From Clostridia bacterium (GTDB taxonomy: Bacteria > Bacillota > Clostridia > Christensenellales > DTU072), in the NCBI GenBank assembly GCA_024685275.1, contig JAIKVY010000189.1, positions 1-41,099 on the forward strand: a stretch of DNA of 41,099 bases, given 5' to 3'. The notes below the pieces were generated by a model. The model searched no databases. It was given only the letters and a program-made list of their open reading frames with translations, and was not told the origin of the DNA. The translations under genes were made by a program, and so were the position numbers. Numbering within the stretch: the first letter of the stretch is position 1; the number at the start of each line of letters is the position of its first letter. Shown here in pieces: positions 9,369 through 20,744 of this stretch.

Positions 9369-9397
9369 TTGATTTCTACTCGTTAAAAAGATAAAAT
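9369..9397 (+). promoter_or_regulatory. Sigma-A promoter, probably leaderless transcript for GT4 gene
   Basis: TTGATT-17 nt-TAAAAT; second ATG (9405) is 7 nt downstream; no SD. Confidence 0.55.
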
Positions 9398-9401
9398 CTA
9401 T

Positions 9402-10580
9402 ATGATGTTAGAAGCCAATAAGAAGATTAGAGTTTTAGAAGTTGTTGATAATTATTATCCAAATACTGATGGCGTAGTATTAGTTGTTGATAATTATGCT
9501 AAATTATTAAATAAAGAAATAGAGTGTAGCGTTTTAGCTCCAAAATATTCTAAAGCTCCAAAACAAACAGAATATGAATTAATTGAATGCATTTCTTTAA
9601 ATGGTGGTATATTCGGACCTAGATTAGCTTTACCTCATTTTGATATTAAATTACATAAATATTTAAAAACTCACACATTTGATCTTATTCATGTTCACTC
9701 ACCTGCTACTCTAGCTAAGTATATAATTTCATATGCTAAGAAACGTAACATACCAATTGTTTTTACTGCTCATACAAAATATCATGTAGAGATAAATAGA
9801 TTTTTTAAAACTAAATTTTTCCAAAAATTATTCTTGAATTATACTATTTCTGCAGTTAGAAAATCTGACTATATTTGGGCAGTATCTGATGGGGTCAGAG
9901 ATGTATTCAAAAATGAATATTTGATAGATAAGGAATACAAAGTATTTAGAAATGGTACCGATATGGATATTTCATATATCGATGATCGTAATATTTTAAA
10001 AATTAAACTTAGATATAATATCAATGAAAATGACTTTGTTATAGTCACTGCTGGCAGAATAGTAAGTATTAAAAATTTCCAAATTTTAGTTGAAGCTGTT
10101 CATCTATTACATGATACATGCCCAAATGTTAAGTTAATTATTATCGGTGATGGAAACTACAAAAAAACACTTGAGAATATGGTGAAAGAATACAACTTAG
10201 AAGAAAATATTTTCTTTGTTGGTAAAACAAATGATAGAAAAGAACTTGCTACCTATTATTATTGTTCTAATATTACAGCACTTGCCTCTACATTTGATAC
10301 ATCATCATTGATAATAAAAGAAGGATTTGCATTTAGTAAGCCAACCTTAGTTGTTGCTAACTCAGCACCAGCTGAAGGAATTATAGATAATCAAAATAGT
10401 TATCTAGCAGAATGTGATGCAAACTCTTTTGCTGAAAAAATTAAATATATCATTAGCAACCGTGACAAATACAATGAAGTATGTGAGAATTGTTATAATT
10501 CCCTATATACACCTTGGAAAAAAATAACACCTGAAGTATTAAAAGAATATCTTAATATAATTGAGGAAAAGAATAATTAA
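9402..10580 (+). CDS. Glycosyltransferase family 4 (diacylglycerol glucosyltransferase-like)
   Basis: DNYYPNTDGV, DLIHVHSP, FTAHTKY, AGRIVSIKN, IIGDG, STFDT..L...E. The start could be 9405. Confidence 0.85.
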   Translation: MMLEANKKIRVLEVVDNYYPNTDGVVLVVDNYAKLLNKEIECSVLAPKYSKAPKQTEYELIECISLNGGIFGPRLALPHFDIKLHKYLKTHTFDLIHVHSPATLAKYIISYAKKRNIPIVFTAHTKYHVEINRFFKTKFFQKLFLNYTISAVRKSDYIWAVSDGVRDVFKNEYLIDKEYKVFRNGTDMDISYIDDRNILKIKLRYNINENDFVIVTAGRIVSIKNFQILVEAVHLLHDTCPNVKLIIIGDGNYKKTLENMVKEYNLEENIFFVGKTNDRKELATYYYCSNITALASTFDTSSLIIKEGFAFSKPTLVVANSAPAEGIIDNQNSYLAECDANSFAEKIKYIISNRDKYNEVCENCYNSLYTPWKKITPEVLKEYLNIIEEKNN

Positions 10581-11407
10581 TTTTCTTCCTTCTTTTCTTC
10601 TTTATTTTCATTATCTTTTTCTTCTGATTGTTCGACTTCGAATTTAGACCAATATTGTTTCATATTATTAACATTTTCTGTATTTACATCATACCATTCA
10701 TCAGCTAAGAAAGGTACTCCTTCGTGTTCTGGTAAAGATCTTGCTACTCTATCAATATTGTCTCTAACATATTCACTAATTATTTTTTTTGCATCTTCTT
10801 CACTCCACTCTGGGTTATATTGAATTGGTTTTGATATAACCATTTTATGAAGTTTATTTTCAACATACATTGGATAAAATTTAATACATTTTCCGCAATG
10901 CTCATAATATAATTTACCTAATCTTGTAAAACCAGTGTACATGGTATTAACAAATTGTGAATACTTTTTAGGCGATTCAGCAAATAAAACTACGTTTCTG
11001 CCTTGATCAAGTGTTTCCATACTCATATTAAATGGAATATCTCTTCTTTCTTCATCATGATATACTGGAATTGGATTTCCTAAATCAAGTAAAGGTCTTA
11101 ATGCTTTTGCAACAATCCAAGAAAGCATTCTCCATGATTTTTTATGTTTCTTTGAATCTCCTGAAAAGAAATCATGATATATAAAATTAGGAGCTAATTC
11201 CTTTTCTAATACATAATGAACCATCCAAGTATCATGTGGTCTATCAAACCAAAGTGTTAGCATCGCTGGGCCATTAGCTTGTCCATGATTTGGGCAATAT
11301 ATACCTACTTCGTTTTCTTCTGGCATTTCTTCATATATTACTTCAGGTTTCTTGAAAATCATTTTTGCAATAATACTCATAAAACCAATATAAGCTTTTT
11401 TACACAT
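10577..11407 (-). CDS. PlsC-like glycerolipid acyltransferase family protein
   Basis: Block I-like YCPNHG, IPVY, block III-like VVLFAE, GF, FYPMY, I..PI; SD AAGGA. Confidence 0.6.
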   Translation of the reverse strand: MCKKAYIGFMSIIAKMIFKKPEVIYEEMPEENEVGIYCPNHGQANGPAMLTLWFDRPHDTWMVHYVLEKELAPNFIYHDFFSGDSKKHKKSWRMLSWIVAKALRPLLDLGNPIPVYHDEERRDIPFNMSMETLDQGRNVVLFAESPKKYSQFVNTMYTGFTRLGKLYYEHCGKCIKFYPMYVENKLHKMVISKPIQYNPEWSEEDAKKIISEYVRDNIDRVARSLPEHEGVPFLADEWYDVNTENVNNMKQYWSKFEVEQSEEKDNENKEEKKEEN

Positions 11408-11468
11408 ATCTTTCCTTATTCCATATATCTATATTTATTAGTGCTTGATACTCTCTCACACCAAAATT

Positions 11469-11497
11469 AGGTTAGCACAATAAATATTCATAGTCAA
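11469..11497 (-). promoter_or_regulatory. Sigma-A promoter of PlsC-like gene
   Basis: TTGACT-17 nt-TAACCT with extended TG. Confidence 0.5.
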
Positions 11498-11582
11498 ACA
11501 AAAACAATTCTATAAGAATTCCCCTTAATTTTATAAATCATACAATAATCCTTGTACCTATTCATTGCATACATCAACCATT

Positions 11583-11620
11583 TTCGGTGTTTTGAAAGAA
11601 AATGATTCGGTGTTTTGAAA
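11583..11620. repeat. 15-bp perfect direct repeat, period 23
   Basis: TTCGGTGTTTTGAAA at 11583-11597 and 11606-11620. Confidence 0.85.
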
Positions 11621-11724
11621 AAATTTCAAATACTCATACACTATTTAAATAATGATAATTTTGTCTAAAAATTACTGTTACTTTTTATCCTTTTCTTAAT
11701 TTAATATTAAATAATAAAATTTAC

Positions 11725-11752
11725 TTGCTTATTTTGTTTTAAATGATATAAT
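11725..11752 (+). promoter_or_regulatory. Sigma-A promoter of groESL
   Basis: TTGCTT-16 nt-TATAAT with extended TG. Confidence 0.75.
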
Positions 11753-11756
11753 TATT

Positions 11757-11783
11757 TTAGCACTTGAGAGTATCAATTGCTAA
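11757..11783 (+). promoter_or_regulatory. CIRCE element (HrcA operator)
   Basis: TTAGCACTT-N9-AATTGCTAA versus consensus TTAGCACTC-N9-GAGTGCTAA, located between promoter and groES. Confidence 0.88.
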
Positions 11784-11808
11784 AAATGTGTTTTTATGGG
11801 AGGACAAT

Positions 11809-12096
11809 ATGAAGTTAAAACCATTATTTGATAAAGTTGTTATTAGAGAAGAAGAATTAAAAGAAACAACTGCTAGTGGAATTATTTTAACTGGTAATGC
11901 AAAAGAAAAACCAGTTATGGCAACAGTTATTGCTGTAGGCCCTGGCGGTATAGTTGACGGAAAAGAAGTAAAAATGGAAGTAAAAGTTGGAGATAAGATT
12001 CTATATTCAAAATACGCTGGTACAGAATTCAAACTTCCAGATGAAACTGTTACTATTCTTCGTCAAAGTGATATTTTAGCTATTGTTGAAGATTAA
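11809..12096 (+). CDS. groES: Co-chaperonin GroES
   Basis: MKLKPLFDKVV, TASGIIL, AVGPG, VKVGDKILYSKYAGTE, DILA; GGAGG SD before ATG 11809. Confidence 0.98.
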   Translation: MKLKPLFDKVVIREEELKETTASGIILTGNAKEKPVMATVIAVGPGGIVDGKEVKMEVKVGDKILYSKYAGTEFKLPDETVTILRQSDILAIVED

Positions 12097-12100
12097 TTAA

Positions 12101-13744
<1,644 letters not shown>

Positions 13745-13773
13745 AATATTAGGTAATTTTAAATAATCTAATT

Positions 13774-13807
13774 AAGGGTTGTCGCTTTTTAGTGGCAACC
13801 TTTTTTT
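13774..13807 (+). terminator. Rho-independent terminator of groESL
   Basis: AAGGGTTGTCGCT-tttt-AGTGGCAACCTTT plus T tract. Confidence 0.85.
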
Positions 13808-13816
13808 AAATGGGAA

Positions 13817-14335
13817 TTAAATGAATTTCTCCATCCAAACCATATTGAAATATGTATTGAATTTCTTAGCACAATTATGTGCTTGTCCAATAATTTTATA
13901 CCCTAGATGTTCATGAAATGATACGCTTGAATTATCTAAATACTTATTAACCATTTCACTCGTTGCAACCAATGCATATAGGTTTGTAATATTCTTTGTT
14001 TTTAATTCTTCTTCTAGTTTAGAATACAACAACTTTCCTATTCCTAGTTTTGTATATTCTTTATCTATATATATTGTTGTTTCAACAGCATGATCACAAG
14101 CGTTTCGTGCTATAAATTTATTAGCATACGAATACCCAATAATTTTGTCATTTATAACCGCAACTAAATATGGTAAATCCAAATTATTAATATTTTTAAT
14201 TCTCTCAGTAAATGATTCTAAAGACGGAATCTCTATTTCAAATGTTATTGCTGTGTTTAATATATAATACTTATATATCTCAAGTATTTGTTTTGCATCT
14301 TTTTCTGTTGCTTTTCTAATTATTACTTTTTCCAT
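13817..14335 (-). CDS. GNAT N-acetyltransferase, phosphinothricin/methionine-sulfoximine acetyltransferase-like
   Basis: IYKYYILNTAITFE, GYSYA, ETTIYI, GIGKLLY, SVSFHEHLGY, KFN..F...WMEK. An alternative GTG start at 14341 overlaps the upstream stop. Confidence 0.85.
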   Translation of the reverse strand: MEKVIIRKATEKDAKQILEIYKYYILNTAITFEIEIPSLESFTERIKNINNLDLPYLVAVINDKIIGYSYANKFIARNACDHAVETTIYIDKEYTKLGIGKLLYSKLEEELKTKNITNLYALVATSEMVNKYLDNSSVSFHEHLGYKIIGQAHNCAKKFNTYFNMVWMEKFI

Positions 14336-14340
14336 ATTCA

Positions 14341-15177
14341 CTATTTTAAGTTCAATATTTCTTTCATTGGTTTGAATTCATCTTCATTTAAAGTTGATGA
14401 ACCAATATCTCCATGCTTTTTTTGTGATTCAGTTGGAGAATGAAAATCACTTCCAGCTGAAAATAATAGGTTATATTTTTGCGCAATTCCCTTAAAATGC
14501 TGTTCATCGTTGTATATATATGAATATTTTACTTCTATTCCATCAAATGTTGATAATTTTATTATTGTCTCAACTATTAATTGGTTTTTAACTAAACAAG
14601 GATGAGCAAATATTACAAAAAAATTATTCTCTTTTAATAGTCTTGTTCCATCTTCAACTTTTATATATTTTGTTGGGACATATGCTTTAGAATCTAAACT
14701 AGTTGATATTCTTAATACTTGTGGATCAATATTACTATTTTCCTTAACTAAATGATCAAGCATACTTTTTCTTGTAATAACTGAATTCGTTTTGCTTATT
14801 TCATCTAAATTAACTGTATATCCATATATATCATGAATTCTAGATAGCATTTCAAGTGCTCTATTTTTTCTCTTTTTATTTATTTCTTTTAAATAATTAC
14901 TTAGCGAATCTTTTTTAGCGTCTTTTTTTGCTAATCCAACACAATGAATATGTTCTGTTTTTCCATTATCATTGTAATATGTTGTTAGTTCTATTCCCTC
15001 TATTGTATTTAGGTTTAATTCTTTACCTGAATTCATGAAGTCAGGTAAACCAAGTAATGTATCATGATCTGTTAAAGCTAAATAATCAACATTGTTTGCT
15101 TTTGCTCTTAATACTAATTCTCTTGGGGTTAATACTCCATCTGAAAATGTTGAATGACAATGTAAATCAATTTTCAT
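14341..15177 (-). CDS. PHP-domain phosphoesterase (TrpH/YciV-like)
   Basis: DLHCHSTFSDG, ALTDHDT, GIEL, HIH, FAHP, DGIEV, GSDFH. Confidence 0.9.
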   Translation of the reverse strand: MKIDLHCHSTFSDGVLTPRELVLRAKANNVDYLALTDHDTLLGLPDFMNSGKELNLNTIEGIELTTYYNDNGKTEHIHCVGLAKKDAKKDSLSNYLKEINKKRKNRALEMLSRIHDIYGYTVNLDEISKTNSVITRKSMLDHLVKENSNIDPQVLRISTSLDSKAYVPTKYIKVEDGTRLLKENNFFVIFAHPCLVKNQLIVETIIKLSTFDGIEVKYSYIYNDEQHFKGIAQKYNLLFSAGSDFHSPTESQKKHGDIGSSTLNEDEFKPMKEILNLK

Positions 15178-15178
15178 A

Positions 15179-17617
15179 TTAATTTGCTATCTTCTTTTTA
15201 TGGAATAATTTTTTCTTAATCTCACTATATGGAGGTAGTATTTTAAATATATAATTTGAAAGGAATGTTAATCCAGCAAATAATGGAATTGAACCACCAC
15301 CAACTGTACCAATTAATATCCACATAAATGTATTAAAATCTCTTTCTAATCCAAAGAATCTAGTTACACTTATTTTTCCAAAATCAGCAAAGAATGCGCC
15401 TACAAATAAAAGGATTAATATGACTAATAAGCCAATTCTTAACCAATTTAGTGGCCATGAAATCTTTATTATGTGTAAGAATCCAATTATTCCTGCTACC
15501 ACTACGCATACCGTTGCTATCTGTCCATCGGTTAAATTACCATATATTTTTGATACTGCTGAAATAGTGACAATTGAAACAACTATAGTGACTGCAGTTG
15601 GCAGTGATTGAGATATGACTTTCCTAAAGAAACTACCTTTGACCAATTCCTTATTAGGTTCAAGAGCAAGAATTACTGATGGAATTCCAATAGTTACTGT
15701 TCCAATAAATGTCATATGCTTTGGATCAAATGGTAATTTAAAGCTTATTATCATAAAGATTATTGCAAATAATAAATTGTAAAGGGTCTTAACAAAGAAC
15801 AATGCAGCACTTCTTTCCAAGTTGTTAATTGTTCTTCTACCCTCTGCTACTGCCTTTGGTAATGATGCAAAGTTATTATCAAGTAAAACTAATTGCCCAA
15901 CATTTTTAGCAGCATCGCTTCCTGAAGCCATAGCAATTGAACAATCAGATTCACGTAATGCTAAAACATCATTTACACCATCTCCAGTCATAGCAACAGT
16001 GTGTCCATTAGATTTTAATATCTTAACAAGTGAGAGTTTTTGATCTGGAGTTGTTCTTCCAAATACAGTATATTTTTCTGCTGCATCTCTTAAATCTTCT
16101 TCAGTTTTAAGAGTTGATGCATCTATATATTTATCATAGTTTTTAACACCTGTTCTTTCTGCAATTTTGCTAACTGTAACAGGATTATCTCCACTAATAA
16201 TTTTGATATTAACACCTTGTTCATCAAAGAATTTAAGAGTTTCTTTTGCTTCCTCTCTGATTTTATCGCTTATAATAACTAAACCAATTAATTCAACATC
16301 ACCAGTTATAACATAATTGTCTATAGTTTCTGTTTTAATTAGAGCTAATACTCTCATTCCCTTTTTAGTATATTCTTCAATTTCTTCACTAATTAAAGAT
16401 ATTTTATCTTTCAAAACGAATTCTGGAGCGCCAAAAACATAGTAGCTATCTTTAACTTTAATTCCACTGAATTTATATTTAGAAGAAAATGGTATTCCCT
16501 CTATAATATTTTCAATCATAGGTGAATCATTAACTTTTTCAATAATTGCTTGAGCTGTAACATTATTATCTTTATTATATTCAACTATCGAATGTAATAT
16601 TGATTCAATATTTTCATTCTCTTTTTTAGCAATTATATCTTCAACAAGCATTGTCCCTTCTGTCAAAGTTCCTGTCTTATCCAAGCATAACGTATCTACT
16701 CTAGCCAATGTTTCTACACAATATAAATCTTGAGCAAGTGCATTATATTTCGATAATCTAACAACGCTTACACAAAAGATAGCGCTAGTTAAAGTAACTA
16801 ATCCTGATGGAATCATTCCAATTAAATTACCCATAACGGATTTGATTGTTGCAACCATTTCATTACCTTGGAAAAAGTGTTTAACGCAGAATAATGCTGC
16901 TCCTAATGGGACTAAAATAATACCCATGAAACGAATGAATTTTAATAATACTCTTCTTATTTCAGATGGATAATCTTTAATATATTTAGCACCGATACTA
17001 ATTTTGGTTGCATAATTATCTTTTCCAACTCTAATTACTTTTACTTTTGCTGTTCCACTAACAACAAAGCTTCCACTTAATAATTCATCACCTGGATTTT
17101 TTGATATTGCATCAGGTTCGCCTGTAATTAATGATTCATTTACTTCAATAAACCCATCTACAACAACTGAATCTGCACATATTTGTCTGCCAGCAGATAA
17201 CACCATAATATCATCCATGACAATATCTTTAAGCATTATTTCTTTTTCTTTGCCATTTCGAATTACAGTTACTTTTGGAGTTGATAAAAGTGATAACTTA
17301 TCAATTGTCTTTTTTGCTCTTAATTCTTGAATTATTCCAATTAATGTATTTGCTAATAATACACCTAAAAAACCAAAATCTGAAAAATCGCTAATGGTGT
17401 ATCCACTCTTTTTTGTGGTAAATAATGTAACAAGAAGTATTGCTGCAATAGCCAAGAAAATAATATTAAATAAAGTAAAAATATTAGTAAAAAGTATTTT
17501 TCCAACACTTTTTGTCTTAATATCTTGATCTCCGTTTACTCTTCCATCTTTTTTTCTTTCTTCTACTTCTATATCAGAAAGGCCTAATTCACTTTTATTA
17601 TCTATCACTTCTTCCAT
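15179..17617 (-). CDS. P-type cation-transporting ATPase (CtpE-like)
   Basis: ESLITGE, DKTGTLT, GAPE, ISGDNP, TGDGVND; about 10 TM segments. Confidence 0.92.
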   Translation of the reverse strand: MEEVIDNKSELGLSDIEVEERKKDGRVNGDQDIKTKSVGKILFTNIFTLFNIIFLAIAAILLVTLFTTKKSGYTISDFSDFGFLGVLLANTLIGIIQELRAKKTIDKLSLLSTPKVTVIRNGKEKEIMLKDIVMDDIMVLSAGRQICADSVVVDGFIEVNESLITGEPDAISKNPGDELLSGSFVVSGTAKVKVIRVGKDNYATKISIGAKYIKDYPSEIRRVLLKFIRFMGIILVPLGAALFCVKHFFQGNEMVATIKSVMGNLIGMIPSGLVTLTSAIFCVSVVRLSKYNALAQDLYCVETLARVDTLCLDKTGTLTEGTMLVEDIIAKKENENIESILHSIVEYNKDNNVTAQAIIEKVNDSPMIENIIEGIPFSSKYKFSGIKVKDSYYVFGAPEFVLKDKISLISEEIEEYTKKGMRVLALIKTETIDNYVITGDVELIGLVIISDKIREEAKETLKFFDEQGVNIKIISGDNPVTVSKIAERTGVKNYDKYIDASTLKTEEDLRDAAEKYTVFGRTTPDQKLSLVKILKSNGHTVAMTGDGVNDVLALRESDCSIAMASGSDAAKNVGQLVLLDNNFASLPKAVAEGRRTINNLERSAALFFVKTLYNLLFAIIFMIISFKLPFDPKHMTFIGTVTIGIPSVILALEPNKELVKGSFFRKVISQSLPTAVTIVVSIVTISAVSKIYGNLTDGQIATVCVVVAGIIGFLHIIKISWPLNWLRIGLLVILILLFVGAFFADFGKISVTRFFGLERDFNTFMWILIGTVGGGSIPLFAGLTFLSNYIFKILPPYSEIKKKLFHKKKIAN

Positions 17618-17624
17618 GGGTATT

Positions 17625-17653
17625 ATTGTATAACTTTAAAGCAATAATATCAA
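17625..17653 (-). promoter_or_regulatory. Sigma-A promoter, probably leaderless transcript for P-type ATPase operon
   Basis: TTGATA-17 nt-TACAAT, 7 nt before ATG; no SD. Confidence 0.6.
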
Positions 17654-17705
17654 ACAAACAAAAATAATTTAATATTTCTAATATTAAAAATTTAAGGATT
17701 TTTAT

Positions 17706-17738
17706 AAAAATTAAAGTTTGCACGTTAATGCAAACTCT
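17706..17738 (-). terminator. Terminator after Cthe_2159-like lipoprotein gene
   Basis: AGTTTGCA-N6-TGCAAACT hairpin followed by a T-rich tract on the minus strand. Confidence 0.65.
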
Positions 17739-17773
17739 AATATTTTTTGTAATTATTACTTCAAATCTCTATA

Positions 17774-19642
17774 TTAACTAGCTGTTGCAGTATATTGAGT
17801 TGATCCATTTGTAATTGTTATATTTCCACTTTGAATACTATCTGAATACACTGTACAACCATAATAGGTACTAGTTAAAGTAGCTTCAAATAATTCTGGA
17901 TTTGAACTTAAATACCATGTTCCGCTGCTGAATGTATATGAGCTACTACTGCTTGATTGGCTACTTCCAGGTCTTCCACCATCCATAAAGCCACCGCCAA
18001 AGCCAGATGAACTTACTCCAAAACTTGCCTTATACACATTTGAAGATTTTGTTAATGTCGTTTCAACTGATCCAAATTGAACGAAAGTTCCTCCAGTAAT
18101 TCTAGCAGTGCCATCACAATCTAATCCTGTTGCCATACTATTAGTTCCATTTGGAGCTCCTCTGGTTATAACGATACCACCAGTTTGAGTGTATGAACCA
18201 TTAGAATCAATTCCATCAATATCGCCACTACCCATTGTTATATCTAAGTATCCACCTGAAACAGTTACTGCTGGTGTTTTTTCAATTTTATTTGCTGCAT
18301 TAACACCATCATCGGTTGAATAAATTTTAGTAGAACCTCCAGATATATTTACAAAATTTGCTTCAATACCTTCATAAGCTGTATCTATAATGATAGTTCC
18401 GCCAGAAATATTGATTGTATTATCCGCATGTATTCCATCAGCCCCTGATACACTTGTTTGCATAGATGATCTAGGGCCCCAATTACCCATTCCAGTTGAA
18501 TTATTTTGTGAATAAACTCCAATATTTACAACTCCTCCAGAAATAGTTATTATTCCAGTACTGGTAGATCCATTATCTAACGTAACACCATAATTAGCAT
18601 GTAATCCATCATCATACGATTTAATATCTATTTGCCCACCAGTAATATTTATTTCATTATCAGCTTTAACTCCTTTAAATGAATCACAAGTACTTGATTT
18701 TGAAGTATATCCGCTATATGAACCCGTATAAATAGTTACTAATGGTTTTGTTTCTTCATCTTCACTTAAATTAAAGTTGTATGCTGCTTGAATTCCATCA
18801 CCTGCTGCGTATATAGAAATATTTCCATCTAATATATCAATATTTCCTCTTTGTTTTCCTTTACTACTTAAATCAGTATTTGATGTTTTCATTCCATCTC
18901 CACAAGTAGATATTAAAACAATGTTTCCGCTTTGAATTGTTATAGAATCATTTCCTTTAAGAGCATTATCAATTGCAGTTACCTTTAAAGAAAGATTCTT
19001 AATCTTTAAATCGCCTTTTGTATGAATACCATTATTATACCCAGCTTCAACTACTAACACGCCTTTACCTTGAATATCTAAATCTGAAACAGCATATATA
19101 GCCCCTTCTCCTACAGAATTATCATCAACAGTCTTTACGCTTCTTGTGTCTTTGATAACATTCTCTGTATCATTTTTAGCAGATATTGTTAATTTGCCAT
19201 CGCCAATACTTTTAATCGGAGAATCTAATGAATAACTAATAGTTGTATTAGATAAATTGAGTACAACTTCATCTTCGCAATCAACTAAAATTTGTCCATT
19301 TAATGATCCAGATAAGGTATATTCTCCAGCAACAGTAATTGTATATATGTTTCCTTCAACAGTATATCCATCCTCAACTTCTGTAACAATTGAAAATTCT
19401 TCCGTTGTTTCTTCAGCTTCTATTGTTTCATCTGTAACTGGATTAACCGTAATCTCTTCTGATGTATTTGTATTGTTATTATTCGAACCATCATTAGATT
19501 GATTATTCGACTCACTGCCACTATTTTGCTCATTTGGGATACTATTGTTGGTAATTAAATTATCCATTCCGCATGCAACTAGTGAAAATGATAAGACTAC
19601 AATTAAGATAACTAAACAAACCAATACTAATTTCTTTTTCAT
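17774..19642 (-). CDS. Lipoprotein with Cthe_2159/DUF4353-like beta-helix carbohydrate-binding domain
   Basis: Lipobox LVAC; TITVAGEYTLSGSL.GQI; repeated DG(I/L)xA / I.I.GG.I.I units; DGIDSNG. ATG 19642 after AGGTGG SD. Confidence 0.85.
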   Translation of the reverse strand: MKKKLVLVCLVILIVVLSFSLVACGMDNLITNNSIPNEQNSGSESNNQSNDGSNNNNTNTSEEITVNPVTDETIEAEETTEEFSIVTEVEDGYTVEGNIYTITVAGEYTLSGSLNGQILVDCEDEVVLNLSNTTISYSLDSPIKSIGDGKLTISAKNDTENVIKDTRSVKTVDDNSVGEGAIYAVSDLDIQGKGVLVVEAGYNNGIHTKGDLKIKNLSLKVTAIDNALKGNDSITIQSGNIVLISTCGDGMKTSNTDLSSKGKQRGNIDILDGNISIYAAGDGIQAAYNFNLSEDEETKPLVTIYTGSYSGYTSKSSTCDSFKGVKADNEINITGGQIDIKSYDDGLHANYGVTLDNGSTSTGIITISGGVVNIGVYSQNNSTGMGNWGPRSSMQTSVSGADGIHADNTINISGGTIIIDTAYEGIEANFVNISGGSTKIYSTDDGVNAANKIEKTPAVTVSGGYLDITMGSGDIDGIDSNGSYTQTGGIVITRGAPNGTNSMATGLDCDGTARITGGTFVQFGSVETTLTKSSNVYKASFGVSSSGFGGGFMDGGRPGSSQSSSSSSYTFSSGTWYLSSNPELFEATLTSTYYGCTVYSDSIQSGNITITNGSTQYTATAS

Positions 19643-19755
19643 AATTACCACCTTTTTAAATTAAGTATTGTTCATATTATAAAATTGATTTATTGAAGAA
19701 TTATTGAAAATATTTAAAAATTAAATTATTAAGATTTCTTTAGTGATAGATTTAA

Positions 19756-20736
19756 TTATACAATTTTTCCGCCACTGCTTTTTAAAATTCTATTCATTAT
19801 ACTTTTTTCTATTCCTGTATCACCTAGTGCTTGGACTATGATATATCCATATTTCTTTTCACATTCTCTTAACATCTTAAATATGTTATGAGCATATTCA
19901 ACATACGTTTCTCCTAATGAAATAGAATTAATATTATTATCTTTAAAATATTGTGCTTCTGTGTTTATTGCTAGAATAACTGGATTGTTTTCTTTTTGTT
20001 TTATATATTCTTTTATTGCATTATCTCTATTTGAATAAAGTACACATGGAACCGTTGGACAATAATGTGTATATTTCATTCCCGGACTTTGTGCTACTTT
20101 AACTACTCCAGTAAAACCTTTAACATTTGGTAACACTTTAGATAATTCTTCTATCGTTATTCCACCTGGTCTTAAAACTATTGGAGTTTCCCCTGCTAGA
20201 GAAATTACTGTTGATTCTATTCCAACTTCACAATCACCGCCATCAATAATTGCTGCAATTTTCCCATTCATATCTTCATATACATGTTTAAATGTAGTTG
20301 GACTAACTTTTTTTGAAATGTTTGCTGATGGCGCTGCTATTGGCAATTTACACTCTTTTAAGAATTCTTGGCAAATAGGATGACTTGGAATTCTAATTCC
20401 AACTGTATCCAAATTAGCTGTTGCTCTATCAACTATACAGCTTTTCTTTTTTAAAACTACTGTTATAGGGCCTGGAGAAAATCTATCAAAGATCTTTAAT
20501 GCATCTTCAGTTACTTCAGCATATTTCATTGCTTCTTCAACATTTGGAACATGGACTATAAAGGGATTATCTGCTGGTCTATTTTTAGCAATATATATTT
20601 TTTCAACAGCAGAATCAGAAAGAGCATTTCCACCCAAGCCATATACTGTTTCTGTAGGGAAAGCTACAATCTCACCCTTTTGAATTAATTTAGCGCATGT
20701 GTCTATTATTTCTTCTTTTCCAACTAATGTTTCCAT
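19756..20736 (-). CDS. sua5: L-threonylcarbamoyladenylate synthase (Sua5/YwlC type)
   Basis: VAFPTETVYGLG, KNRPADNP.IVH, PGPIT, AAPSAN, GIESTV, SPGMKYTHY.P. Confidence 0.95.
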   Translation of the reverse strand: METLVGKEEIIDTCAKLIQKGEIVAFPTETVYGLGGNALSDSAVEKIYIAKNRPADNPFIVHVPNVEEAMKYAEVTEDALKIFDRFSPGPITVVLKKKSCIVDRATANLDTVGIRIPSHPICQEFLKECKLPIAAPSANISKKVSPTTFKHVYEDMNGKIAAIIDGGDCEVGIESTVISLAGETPIVLRPGGITIEELSKVLPNVKGFTGVVKVAQSPGMKYTHYCPTVPCVLYSNRDNAIKEYIKQKENNPVILAINTEAQYFKDNNINSISLGETYVEYAHNIFKMLRECEKKYGYIIVQALGDTGIEKSIMNRILKSSGGKIV

Positions 20737-20744
20737 ATTAATCT

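Noticed and set aside
11433-11485. Long inverted repeat as a riboswitch or sRNA
   Set aside because: One arm lies in the predicted promoter spacer and would not be transcribed; matches no RNA family I recognise.
11494-11565. 23-codon minus-strand ORF with IKGNSYRIV resembling a HigB toxin motif
   Set aside because: Too short, no SD, no antitoxin partner, overlaps the PlsC-like -35 box; probably chance.
11583-11620. Possible mini CRISPR array
   Set aside because: Only two 15-bp units with an 8-bp gap and no cas genes.
11764-11808. N-terminal extension of GroES in the ORF track
   Set aside because: Overlaps CIRCE; the SD and homology support ATG 11809.
17930-18020. Gly/Ser-rich low-complexity stretch as a repeat element
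   Set aside because: In-frame linker typical of Cthe_2159-like lipoproteins.
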